Below are positions 1-10,497 of a stretch of DNA of 34,023 nucleotides, piece after piece (the first letter of the stretch is position 1; each line of letters begins with the position of its first letter). Source of the DNA: Octopus bimaculoides (Eukaryota). The translations under genes were made by a program, and so were the position numbers. The stretch lies in NCBI RefSeq assembly GCF_001194135.2, contig NC_069006.1:24174647-24208669 (forward strand), given 5' to 3'. Under the pieces are notes generated by a model. It worked only from the letters and a program-made list of their open reading frames with translations, had not been told where the DNA came from and searched no databases.

Positions 1-199
1 CAAAGTGACGTAAACGTTCTGATGCGTCACAGCAAATCATTGTAGTTTAGCTAAAACAGCTTTATACCTCGTAGATTGTTTCTGAAAAAATATTTCTGCT
101 CCAGACAGAATGTCGACATAGATCTTGTCTCACGTACATCGGACACTGATAGCTTCGTGGCTTTGTCCACGTAAACTAGCATGACATGTCATGCTCTGC

Positions 200-240
<41 letters not shown>

Positions 241-552
241 GTCCTCGAATATAACTTTTCATTTAAGCACCTCTGCATGCAATGTATGGATAAGCATACA
301 CGTACATACACACACACACACACTCGTATGTACGAGCAGTAACTTTCGTACGAGCACGTATTCATACAGATTTACATGTCTACAAGCATGCCGTACTTGT
401 ATACCAAATTGGTACCTGCCTACATAGCATGGTAAAAAATGTATTTCCAGTGCAATGGATCTGACATCGAAGTAGGGCAAAAATAGAGAAAGAACACAAA
501 GACAAGGAAAAAATAAATAGCAACAAAAATAAAGAAATTATGTATGAAATCG

Positions 553-612
<60 letters not shown>

Positions 613-630
613 GTAATAATAATAATAATA

Positions 631-679
<49 letters not shown>

Positions 680-710
680 TGATGATGATGATGATAACAA
701 CAACAACAAC
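553..710 (+). repeat. Compound (AAT)n/(GAT)n/(AAC)n microsatellite
   Basis: Directly visible; representative of dozens of such tracts across the window. Confidence 0.95.
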
Positions 711-714
711 GATA

Positions 715-861
715 TGACCTACAGACCAGGTACTGGCTATCACGGCCTCTGATCTGAACTGATTGGAAGTGTTATCATGTACATTGTTTTGTCTTGGTAT
801 AAAAGATGGCCTACAGCAAATATTCTCCCCAATACCACGAATTTGCTTGTCAGTTGTTTGA
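715..861 (+). repeat. Probable dispersed repeat fragment
   Basis: The sequence (gattggaagtgttatcatgtacattgttttgtcttggtataaaagatgg...) resembles a common Octopus interspersed repeat as I recall it. No second copy in the window. Confidence 0.35.
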
Positions 862-1729
862 NNNNNNNNNNNNNNNNNNNNNNNNNNNNNNNNNNNNNNN
901 NNNNNNNNNNNNNNNNNNNNNNNNNNNNNNNNNNNNNNNNNNNNNNNNNNNNNNNNNNNNNNNNNNNNNNNNNNNNNNNNNNNNNNNNNNNNNNNNNNNN
1001 NNNNNNNNNNNNNNNNNNNNNNNNNNNNNNNNNNNNNNNNNNNNNNNNNNNNNNNNNNNNNNNNNNNNNNNNNNNNNNNNNNNNNNNNNNNNNNNNNNNN
1101 NNNNNNNNNNNNNNNNNNNNNNNNNNNNNNNNNNNNNNNNNNNNNNNNNNNNNNNNNNNNNNNNNNNNNNNNNNNNNNNNNNNNNNNNNNNNNNNNNNNN
1201 NNNNNNNNNNNNNNNNNNNNNNNNNNNNNNNNNNNNNNNNNNNNNNNNNNNNNNNNNNNNNNNNNNNNNNNNNNNNNNNNNNNNNNNNNNNNNNNNNNNN
1301 NNNNNNNNNNNNNNNNNNNNNNNNNNNNNNNNNNNNNNNNNNNNNNNNNNNNNNNNNNNNNNNNNNNNNNNNNNNNNNNNNNNNNNNNNNNNNNNNNNNN
1401 NNNNNNNNNNNNNNNNNNNNNNNNNNNNNNNNNNNNNNNNNNNNNNNNNNNNNNNNNNNNNNNNNNNNNNNNNNNNNNNNNNNNNNNNNNNNNNNNNNNN
1501 NNNNNNNNNNNNNNNNNNNNNNNNNNNNNNNNNNNNNNNNNNNNNNNNNNNNNNNNNNNNNNNNNNNNNNNNNNNNNNNNNNNNNNNNNNNNNNNNNNNN
1601 NNNNNNNNNNNNNNNNNNNNNNNNNNNNNNNNNNNNNNNNNNNNNNNNNNNNNNNNNNNNNNNNNNNNNNNNNNNNNNNNNNNNNNNNNNNNNNNNNNNN
1701 NNNNNNNNNNNNNNNNNNNNNNNNNNNNN

Positions 1730-1760
<31 letters not shown>

Positions 1761-2264
1761 GTGTGTGTGTTGTGTGTGTGTGTGTGGAGAGAGAGAGGGG
1801 GGAGAGAAACTGATGTGAGATAGACTGATATAGTATATAGATAAGTATGTGCTGCAGACATATGCATATACATGTGTGTGTGTATGTATATATGAGTGTA
1901 TGCATGAATACACACACACACACAAACACACAAACACGCACAAACACATACACACGCACAAAACACAATAGAATCCACAAACAAGCGAAAGAAGGCCAGA
2001 AGGAAACCTAAAACCTAAATGAACACCCATTACAAAGCAATTTGAAGAATAAACAGAAGCCAGCAATGGCCAACGGTAAAGATGGCGTCTTAACTTGCAA
2101 TGCATTGTGGGTTGCAAATATGGCATCATCAATGATTACCGACCAGCAACGTTTGCCCAGAACACCTTCTTGCAAACACCTTCTTCGTATATGTATGTAT
2201 CTATGCATGCATGCATGTACGTATGTGTCCGTGTGTGTGTAACTATATCCAAATATATATATAC

Positions 2265-2299
<35 letters not shown>

Positions 2300-2422
2300 C
2301 ATACATGCATATATATATATAAACTATAATTTAAATATATATATATATAGAGAGAGAGAGAGGTGGGAGAGAGAGTCATGGCATAAATAATGCGGTTTTT
2401 TTACTTCTTTTATTTTTTCAAA

Positions 2423-2464
<42 letters not shown>

Positions 2465-3130
2465 NNNNNNNNNNNNNNNNNNNNNNNNNNNNNNNNNNNN
2501 NNNNNNNNNNNNNNNNNNNNNNNNNNNNNNNNNNNNNNNNNNNNNNNNNNNNNNNNNNNNNNNNATATATATACACAGTCACACACGCATATGTATATAG
2601 ATATATAAAAGGCACACTCATTTATGGGGTACAAATTTATAAAAACAAGAATGTCGATTTATCTCTATTTGACATACGTGAGTACGTATATATGCGCATA
2701 TCCATCCCTACAATTATCCAGACATCCATTCCTACACATACCTACACACACACTCACGCACACACACACACATATACACACACACGTACATTCACGCACC
2801 CGTACGGCAGTGGCATTTCACAAACAGTCAACTGTGCCAACAGCAACTGGGAGGTAGCGATATCTAAGTGGGTGGGTCTGGTTTTAACGGCTCACCGAAC
2901 TTCAGACAAGCCCGGCATGTCAATCGTACTGCGTTCAAGAAAGGGGAGATAATGGATCTTTTTTCAGAGAGAGAGAGAGAGAAGGGGGGGGAGAAACAGA
3001 GGCAGACAGACAGAAGAGAGGCTCGAGAAATACGTACATACATATACCTACATATACATATATACATACATACATACACACATGTATACATACATACGTA
3101 CACACACACACATATATATAATTGTATATG

Positions 3131-3161
<31 letters not shown>

Positions 3162-4232
3162 ATATGTATGTATATACATCCATTTTACTTTCGCTGTTTT
3201 TTCCGGATTTTGTTTTTAATTTTGATTTGCCTCTACACATGTATGCATACATGTGTACATTATATATGAATGCTTGCATGTATGTATGTATGTATGTATG
3301 TATGTATGTATATATGTCTATGTATGTTTGTGTGCGTTTGTATAGAACAGGGAGGACGAGTAGGATAACGTTGTCTTTGTATTGGCACAAAGACATGATG
3401 TGGAATAAAATGAAAACAGAAAAATCGTTAGAATTTAACACGTGAAATACATCATACAGAACATGACAGCAATTATATAAACATTATACATACATACATA
3501 CATGTTTGCATGTATGTATATATGTTTGTATATATAGGTGTTTATAACATGAACAGTCTGCTCGATATTGTTTGGTTTGCAAGCACGACGTACCGTCTTA
3601 TGAATATCCCACGTGACATCTTGAACAAGAGTCTTTCTCTGTATTTTAAAAGTATAGGTCAGGTCATACTGTGTGAGTGATATATATATNNNNNNNNNNN
3701 NNNNNNNNNNNNNNNNNNNNNNNNNNNNNNNNNNNNNNNNNNNNNNNNNNNNNNNNNNNNNNNNNNNNNNNNNNNNNNNNNNNNNNNNNNNNNNNNNNNN
3801 NNNNNNNNNNNNNNNNNNNNNNNNNNNNNNNNNNNNNNNNNNNNNNNNNNNNNNNNNNNNNNNNNNNNNNNNNNNNNNNNNNNNNNNNNNNNNNNNNNNN
3901 NNNNNNNNNNNNNNNNNNNNNNNNNNNNNNNNNNNNNNNNNNNNNNNNNNNNNNNNNNNNNNNNNNNNNNNNNNNNNNNNNNNNNNNNNNNNNNNNNNNN
4001 NNNNNNNNNNNNNNNNNNNNNNNNNNNNNNNNNNNNNNNNNNNNNNNNNNNNNNNNNNNNNNNNNNNNNNNNNNNNNNNNNNNNNNNNNNNNNNNNNNNN
4101 NNNNNNNNNNNNNNNNNNNNNNNNNNNNNNNNNNNNNNNNNNNNNNNNNNNNNNNNNNNNNNNNNNNNNNNNNNNNNNNNNNNNNNNNNNNNNNNNNNNN
4201 NNNNNNNNNNNNNNNNNNNNNNNNNNNNNNNN

Positions 4233-4430
4233 CAAAAATAGATCTCCAAACGGGAAAATCCAACGGGTTGAGATCGAGGTTTCTTGAGGGCCATACGTCC
4301 TTGCCTATGAAAGACGGAATGTGTTTTTCTGAATCTAGTGTTGTGTCTGTTTGGAGCTGTGGAATGGTGCCGAGCTCTTTTGGAGGCTCCAAGGTGGATT
4401 TGGACGTCGATTTACGAGTCTTTTGGCAGT
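4233..4430 (-). mobile_element. Pseudogenised Tc1/mariner-superfamily transposase fragment, maT/DD37D type
   Basis: One minus frame gives ...NPPWSLQKSSAPFHSSKQTQH*IQK (TAG at 4335-4337). After a 1-nt shift in an A-run it continues HIPSFIGKDVWPSRNLDLNPLDFPVW. This matches 'PWTFQQDSAPAH...W...HIP.FI.KD.WP..SPDLNPLD..VW', with 37 residues between the 2nd and 3rd catalytic positions. Runs into the gap. Confidence 0.8.
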
Positions 4431-4642
4431 GCAAGTGGTGATGGTGATGGTGACGATGATGATGACGGTGATGGTGGTGGTTGTTGTTGTGGTGGTGATG
4501 GTGGTGATGATGATGATGATGCTGACAACGACAAGGACGACGACGAGGGTGATGAAGTTGTAGATGATGAGGAGAAAGGACGAGCGCCATCTGATGTGTG
4601 TGAGAAAGAGAGAGTGAGAGAGAGAAAATGTGAATGACGGAC

Positions 4643-4697
<55 letters not shown>

Positions 4698-5726
4698 NNN
4701 NNNNNNNNNNNNNNNNNNNNNNNNNNNNNNNNNNNNNNNNNNNNNNNNNNNNNNNNNNNNNNNNNNNNNNNNNNNNNNNNNNNNNNNNNNNNNNNNNNNN
4801 NNNNNNNNNNNNNNNNNNNNNNNNNNNNNNNNNNNNNNNNNNNNNNNNNNNNNNNNNNNNNNNNNNNNNNNNNNNNNNNNNNNNNNNNNNNNNNNNNNNN
4901 NNNNNNNNNNNNNNNNNNNNNNNNNNNNNNNNNNNNNNNNNNNNNNNNNNNNNNNNNNNNNNNNNNNNNNNNNNNNNNNNNNNNNNNNNNNNNNNNNNNN
5001 NNNNNNNNNNNNNNNNNNNNNNNNNNNNNNNNNNNNNNNNNNNNNNNNNNNNNNNNNNNNNNNNNNNNNNNNNNNNNNNNNNNNNNNNNNNNNNNNNNNN
5101 NNNNNNNNNNNNNNNNNNNNNNNNNNNNNNNNNNNNNNNNNNNNNNNNNNNNNNNNNNNNNNNNNNNNNNNNNNNNNNNNNNNNNNNNNNNNNNNNNNNN
5201 NNNNNNNNNNNNNNNNNNNNNNNNNNNNNNNNNNNNNNNNNNNNNNNNNNNNNNNNNNNNNNNNNNNNNNNNNNNNNNNNNNNNNNNNNNNNNNNNNNNN
5301 NNNNNNNNNNNNNNNNNNNNNNNNNNNNNNNNNNNNNNNNNNNNNNNNNNNNNNNNNNNNNNNNNNNNNNNNNNNNNNNNNNNNNNNNNNNNNNNNNNNN
5401 NNNNNNNNNNNNNNNNNNNNNNNNNNNNNNNNNNNNNNNNNNNNNNNNNNNNNNNNNNNNNNNNNNNNNNNNNNNNNNNNNNNNNNNNNNGAGGAAGTAG
5501 GAGGTGGCGGTGGAAGAGGAAGTGGGAGAGAGAGAGAGAATGTGAGAGCGTGGAGAGGGTGGGAGGAGTGCGAGTGAATGGAAGTTAGGAGAGGGGGTAG
5601 GTGGGAAAGATTTCGTTGCAATAACTGTGATTACTTCGAGAAGCCATCACACACGTCCTCCTCTTTTGTTATTTGTTGCTTCTACGGTAATGCTGTCATC
5701 TTTTTATTGCTCTTAAGTGTATAATG

Positions 5727-5761
<35 letters not shown>

Positions 5762-6066
5762 AGATCGTTCTAACGTCTTTCTCTGTTGGTTGTTCACTTC
5801 CTCTGCGCCTGAGGTGTTTCCATGACTACTACGACGAAGATAAGGTCGACATCAACGACAGTGAAGAACTGTGCTCCGGGTTGATTACGACACGTAATTC
5901 TACAATTCTCTGCAGCTCGTCTTCCTGACCAAGCTGCAGTCGTGGGTTCAAATGTAAGCTGAGGCTGGTCATCTGGTATTTGGTCCGTTACCAGGCACTC
6001 ACAGTACACTTATGGATAGGAAAACAAATTCTTTTTTTTTATTTGTTTCAGGCATTTGCCCAGGAC

Positions 6067-6258
6067 TTATTCTTTGTAAGCCTTAGTACTTACTTATCGA
6101 TCCCTTTTGCCGAACCGTTAAGTTACGGGGATGTAAACACACCAACATCGGTTGTCAGATGATGGCGGGGGAACAAACACATACACACACACATAAATAT
6201 GTACATATATATACGATGGGCCTCTTTCAGTTTCTGTCTACCAAATCCACTCACAAGG
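6067..6258 (-). mobile_element. SINE family A copy (core plus tail)
   Basis: Reverse complement of the core and tail of the 30495-30771 copy (ccttgtgagtggatttggtagacagaaactgaaaga...gtactaaggcttacaaagaataa). Confidence 0.75.
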
Positions 6259-6537
6259 TACTTAATTTATCCACCCCGAGAGGATGTAAGGCAAAGTTGA
6301 TCTCGGCGGAATTTGAACTCAGAACATAAAGACAGACGAAATACCGCTAAGCATTTCGCCCAGCGTGCTAACATTTCTTATTTCTTTATTGCTCACAAGG
6401 GGCTAAACATAGAGGGGACAAAAAAGATTATGTCGATTACATCGACCCCAGTGCGTAACTGGTACTTAATTTATCGACCCCGAGGAGATGAAAAACAAAG
6501 TCGACCTCAGCGAAATTTGAACTCAGAACGTAACAGC
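6259..6537 (-). mobile_element. Two adjacent partial SINE family B copies
   Basis: About 6259-6373 and 6428-6537 are both reverse complements of the family B sequence at 21780-21990 (ttctgagttcaaattccgccgag...). Confidence 0.75.
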
Positions 6538-7671
6538 NNNNNNNNNNNNNNNNNNNNNNNNNNNNNNNNNNNNNNNNNNNNNNNNNNNNNNNNNNNNNNN
6601 NNNNNNNNNNNNNNNNNNNNNNNNNNNNNNNNNNNNNNNNNNNNNNNNNNNNNNNNNNNNNNNNNNNNNNNNNNNNNNNNNNNNNNNNNNNNNNNNNNNN
6701 NNNNNNNNNNNNNNNNNNNNNNNNNNNNNNNNNNNNNNNNNNNNNNNNNNNNNNNNNNNNNNNNNNNNNNNNNNNNNNNNNNNNNNNNNNNNNNNNNNNN
6801 NNNNNNNNNNNNNNNNNNNNNNNNNNNNNNNNNNNNNNNNNNNNNNNNNNNNNNNNNNNNNNNNNNNNNNNNNNNNNNNNNNNNNNNNNNNNNNNNNNNN
6901 NNNNNNNNNNNNNNNNNNNNNNNNNNNNNNNNNNNNNNNNNNNNNNNNNNNNNNNNNNNNNNNNNNNNNNNNNNNNNNNNNNNNNNNNNNNNNNNNNNNN
7001 NNNNNNNNNNNNNNNNNNNNNNNNNNNNNNNNNNNNNNNNNNNNNNNNNNNNNNNNNNNNNNNNNNNNNNNNNNNNNNNNNNNNNNNNNNNNNNNNNNNN
7101 NNNNNNNNNNNNNNNNNNNNNNNNNNNNNNNNNNNNNNNNNNNNNNNNNNNNNNNNNNNNNNNNNNNNNNNNNNNNNNNNNNNNNNNNNNNNNNNNNNNN
7201 NNNNNNNNNNNNNNNNNNNNNNNNNNNNNNNNNNNNNNNNNNNNNNNNNNNNNNNNNNNNNNNNNNNNNNNNNNNNNNNNNNNNNNNNNNNNNNNNNNNN
7301 NNNNNNNNNNNNNNNNNNNNNNNNNNNNNNNNNNNNNNNNNNNNNNNNNNNNNNNNNNNNNNNNNNNNNNNNNNNNNNNNNNNNNNNNNNNNTATATATA
7401 TTATATATATACATATGTATACATAGATAGATAGGTAGATAGATACCTACATATACATATATACATATATGTTTTTTTGTTTTTTTTAACCTTGGTTCAC
7501 AGGGATCTTTCCCAGCGACGTTTCATACGTTGAATCTACACGATGAATTCCCATACTCTCCCTTTCTTTTCCTCCACAACGATTTATTTATTTTTTTCAA
7601 TAATTCAGTCTTTTTAATAGAAGTGGTTAGCGGAGAAAGTATTTTTCAGGTCAACGACCAGATAGTCTTAC

Positions 7672-7726
7672 CTGTTGTACAGATTTGTGTAGGAAGATCT
7701 TCATTGTCCGGACATTCACTCACCAT
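7672..7726 (-). CDS. Candidate small exon, product unknown
   Basis: The minus strand reads gtgtttatgtttccag|ATGGTG...ACAACAG|gtaaga. 55 nt, open only in phase 0 (MVSECPDNEDLPTQICTT). Support is splice-signal consensus only. Confidence 0.3.
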
Positions 7727-7863
7727 CTGGAAACATAAACACGGCCTTCCTTCTGTCTGTAATCACTTTAACGTTGGAAAAGGAAAATAAATTTAGCCAG
7801 AAGGTGAGCGACTGAGATTTCGTCCATCAACCTGTTCAATTATAAACTGCCGGCAGACGACAA

Positions 7864-7930
7864 AGCATGGTGGCGACTTGGTTAAGACGTTCCCTTTGCA
7901 ACCAGGAGGATCTGTGTTCGATCCCAAATC
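7864..7930 (+). other. tRNA-like sequence (Pol III A/B boxes), a SINE head or tRNA pseudogene
   Basis: A-box-like TGGCGACTTGG and B-box-like GTTCGATCC at tRNA spacing, with a central tttgcaa loop. The stems pair poorly, so it is not called a functional tRNA. Confidence 0.35.
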
Positions 7931-7960
7931 ACGTGAAATTTTAAATTTTTGCAATATATA

Positions 7961-8090
7961 GGCGCAGGCAGGGCTGTGTGGTTCAGTCTCACTGCGTGGC
8001 ACCTTGGGTAAGTGTCTTTGGCAATAGTCTCGAGCCAACAAAAGCCTTGTGAGTGGATTTGATAGACGGAAACTGAAAGAAGCCCATCAT
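7961..8090 (+). mobile_element. SINE family A copy (internally deleted)
   Basis: ggcgcagg..ggctgtgtgg/ttcagtctcactgcgtggcaccttggg...aagccttgtgagtggatttgatagacggaaactgaaagaagccc, shared with the other family A copies. Confidence 0.8.
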
Positions 8091-8317
8091 AATCAAATAC
8101 ATAAGTATATCATTAAATATATGCATATGGATATATATGTATATTGTTAAATATATACACATGTATGTATATATATATATATATATATATATGTAGTTGA
8201 AATGTAGTTTGCAATAGAACTTTCTGAGAGAACATGTCTCAGTGGCTGGAAACATGTAAGGAATGAAATGAATCAGAGAAAGAAGCCGAGTTGTTTATCG
8301 CAATAAATACATCAGAA

Positions 8318-8470
8318 GTAGTGGTTCTCAATCATTTTCTAACCTATGGACCCCTTCCATTCCTAATTTATTCTGGTGAACCCCCGTAGCCATTTGATGT
8401 TTAAAAACTAGTTTTACAGATACTTCTTTCAAAATATTTATTTTGTTTTTCACCCATTCTTTTGTGTAGG
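8318..8470 (+). mobile_element. Possible hAT-Charlie-like element terminus
   Basis: TAGTGGTTCTCAATC at about 8318 resembles the Charlie terminal repeat CAGTGGTTCTCAA. It lies about 290 bp upstream of the Charlie-like transposase remnant. No matching right end was found. Confidence 0.35.
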
Positions 8471-8608
8471 TTTGCAATGGAACTCTCAGAGAGAACATGT
8501 TTCAATGGTTGGAAACATGTTAAAGAGCCAACTGTTAAATAACAATACTATATCCTCCTTCAGTACAAAAGAGTTCATTGGTGCGTTACTTTGTGTTTGA
8601 CGGACGAT

Positions 8609-9232
8609 GGATACATTCAAAGGAGTCTCATACAAGCATCAAATATTGATATGATGTGTATTTGAGGTGGAGATTATGTTGCCAAGAAGTTGCTGTATAT
8701 TCCATTGTCAAACGATATGATCTGGTGCCGAAGTGATGAAATATCGAGAGATCTTTAATTAAAGAATTATTGATTTTCGTTATAAAGGCAAAAGCAAGTG
8801 AAATATTTAGCATCCAATTTGATAGGTCGATTGATATGAATAAAGGTAGCCATTTTTAGAATTTATCGTTGACAGTGCCTTGGTAAGGAAACAAATCAGC
8901 AGGTATGAGGAAAGGTACCGTCTTTGGAGTTTATTGGCCGACCTTGGTAAAAAAAAAATGAACAAATTGATGTGAGCAAAGGTACCCATTTTTGGAGTTT
9001 ATTGGCAGTACCTTGGCAAAAATAAACCCAAATCAATTGACATGAGCAATGATATGCATTTTTTGAAGTTTATTGGCAGTACTCTGATGAAAAACATATG
9101 GAATATGTCACTTCATTTTATAAACCGTTTTCTACTTAAAAATCTGTATTCGATATTTTTAAAATGGTAAATTAATGTTTCTAATGACAGGAGATTAAAC
9201 CGAAATGAGTGTCATGGCGTTTGCAACGACCG
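8609..9232 (+). mobile_element. Decayed hAT (Charlie/Buster, ZBED5/FAM200-like) transposase remnant
   Basis: Manual translation across stops and frameshifts: NIDMMCI*GGDYVAKKLLYIPLSNDMIWCRSDEISRDL; KAKASEIFSIQFDRSIDMNK; IDMSNDMHFLKFI/YSDEKHMEY; FDIFKMVN; LNRNECHGVCND. These follow the order of the Charlie-family motifs 'IPLSNDTV.RRI.E.S.D', 'FSIQLDESTD', 'DIF..V' and 'C.GVCTDGA'. Confidence 0.75.
8830..9083 (+). repeat. Diverged ~69-bp tandem repeat, 4 units, inside the hAT remnant
   Basis: Units start at about 8830, 8899, 8966 and 9036. They share attgaYRtgagcaaaggtaccc...tttttggagtttattggcagtaccttgg. Confidence 0.8.
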
Positions 9233-9700
9233 ATAAATGAGATATTTCTCAACATGGCTGCCACCGGACTATTATTAGGTTAGTAGAGGAAATAAATGCA
9301 TTTTAAAAAATAACAAATTTTTGTCAAATCGTGAAAAAGGAAAAGCGAAGCACTGAAGAAAACAACATGAAAAAGTACTTATTTTCCCAGCATTCAGTCT
9401 ACTACCAGAAGATTGGGATAATAATTTCTATAATGTACCGAATATTATCTTGAACTGTGTGGTAAAATTGGTAACAAAATTGAATCATTAGATTCCAACA
9501 GGACATGATGAGAAATATAATTGCGTGAGAATTCTATTGGCTGTTGACATTAAGAATTTGTATGAAGAATTTGCCAATATTAATAAATTCTAAGGATATT
9601 TTATTGGAATTCTTGATAATGTGACAGTTATAGTTTTTACAAAAAAAATGTCGAATCTATCAGTGCATTCTGACCGCCCCAGACTCTATGACATTCACGT

Positions 9701-10497
9701 TTCAAGTGATCGAAATTAAAACCTTCCATCAAAAATTTATGCTAATTTATGTTCCAAAAACCAGTTTGAGAACGGAAAAGATATTTTGCTATGTTCTTAA
9801 TTCTTAAAAAATTCATTGAAACAAAGTCAACAGAAATATGGTAACGAAAGGGTTAAAGTGATCTAATTAAAAACCGCCCATCAAAATATTATGCTAATCC
9901 GTGTTCCAAATACTAATTTAATAATGACAAAGATATTTTGCTAAATTCTTAAATGTTTCAATATTCATTAAAACAAAAACAATTGCAGCGTGGAAGGTGT
10001 TTATAGGCCATTTAAAAACACACACAAAAACCGTTAGATTTACTTCAACATTTAAATTTAATTTGTCAAAATATTTTCGTCACTGTGATACCGAGACCTG
10101 TTCACTGACAAAATTCCGTCGCGGTTTCGAAGCGACGAAAATATTTTGGAAAAATTAAATTTAAATGTTGAAGTGAACCTAACGGTTTTTGTATGTTTTT
10201 AAATGGCTTATAAACACCTTCCACGCTGCATTTGTTTTTGTTTCAGCACACGATCTCAGATCAGGTCGCTTGCTATGCAAGTACATCTCCGTAAATTGAA
10301 ACAAATATAGTGCATTTCAACAGAAATATGGTAACAAAAGGGTTAAAGTGATCTAAATTAAAATCTTCCATCAAAATTGAACGTTAATTCGTGTTTCAAA
10401 CACCAACTTAAGAATAACAGTTATTTTACTAAATTGTTTATATTATCCTCGAAATTACTTGAAACTACAGCAGTGTATTTCAATGGATTATGGTTAA
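9701..10497. repeat. Three diverged ~150-bp tandem units; the first two end in a piggyBac-like AAGGG-TTAA
   Basis: The block aagtgatc..aattaaaa.cttccatcaaaa...gttccaaa...attttgcta...ttgaaacaaa...caacagaaatatggtaac.aaagggttaa recurs at about 9701-9856, 9857-10346 (interrupted) and 10347-10497 (partial). Confidence 0.65.
9971..10243. mobile_element. Fold-back / MITE-like long inverted repeat
   Basis: Arm 9971-10097 (aaacaaaaacaattgcagcgtggaaggtgtttat...tcgtcactgtgataccgagac) is the near-perfect reverse complement of arm 10118-10243. The loop is 20 nt (ctgttcactgacaaaattcc). Confidence 0.85.

Noticed and set aside
178-195. 18-bp perfect palindrome agcatgacatgtcatgct
   Set aside because: A 9-bp-arm palindrome is plausible by chance in 34 kb, and nothing else supports it.
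1960-2190. Unique-looking block with open frames on both strands
   Set aside because: No convincing splice-site pair or recognisable motif.
3664-4590. His-rich 308-aa minus ORF as a real protein
   Set aside because: It is a chimera of a (CAT/CAC)n microsatellite, a frameshifted maT transposase fragment and an N-gap.
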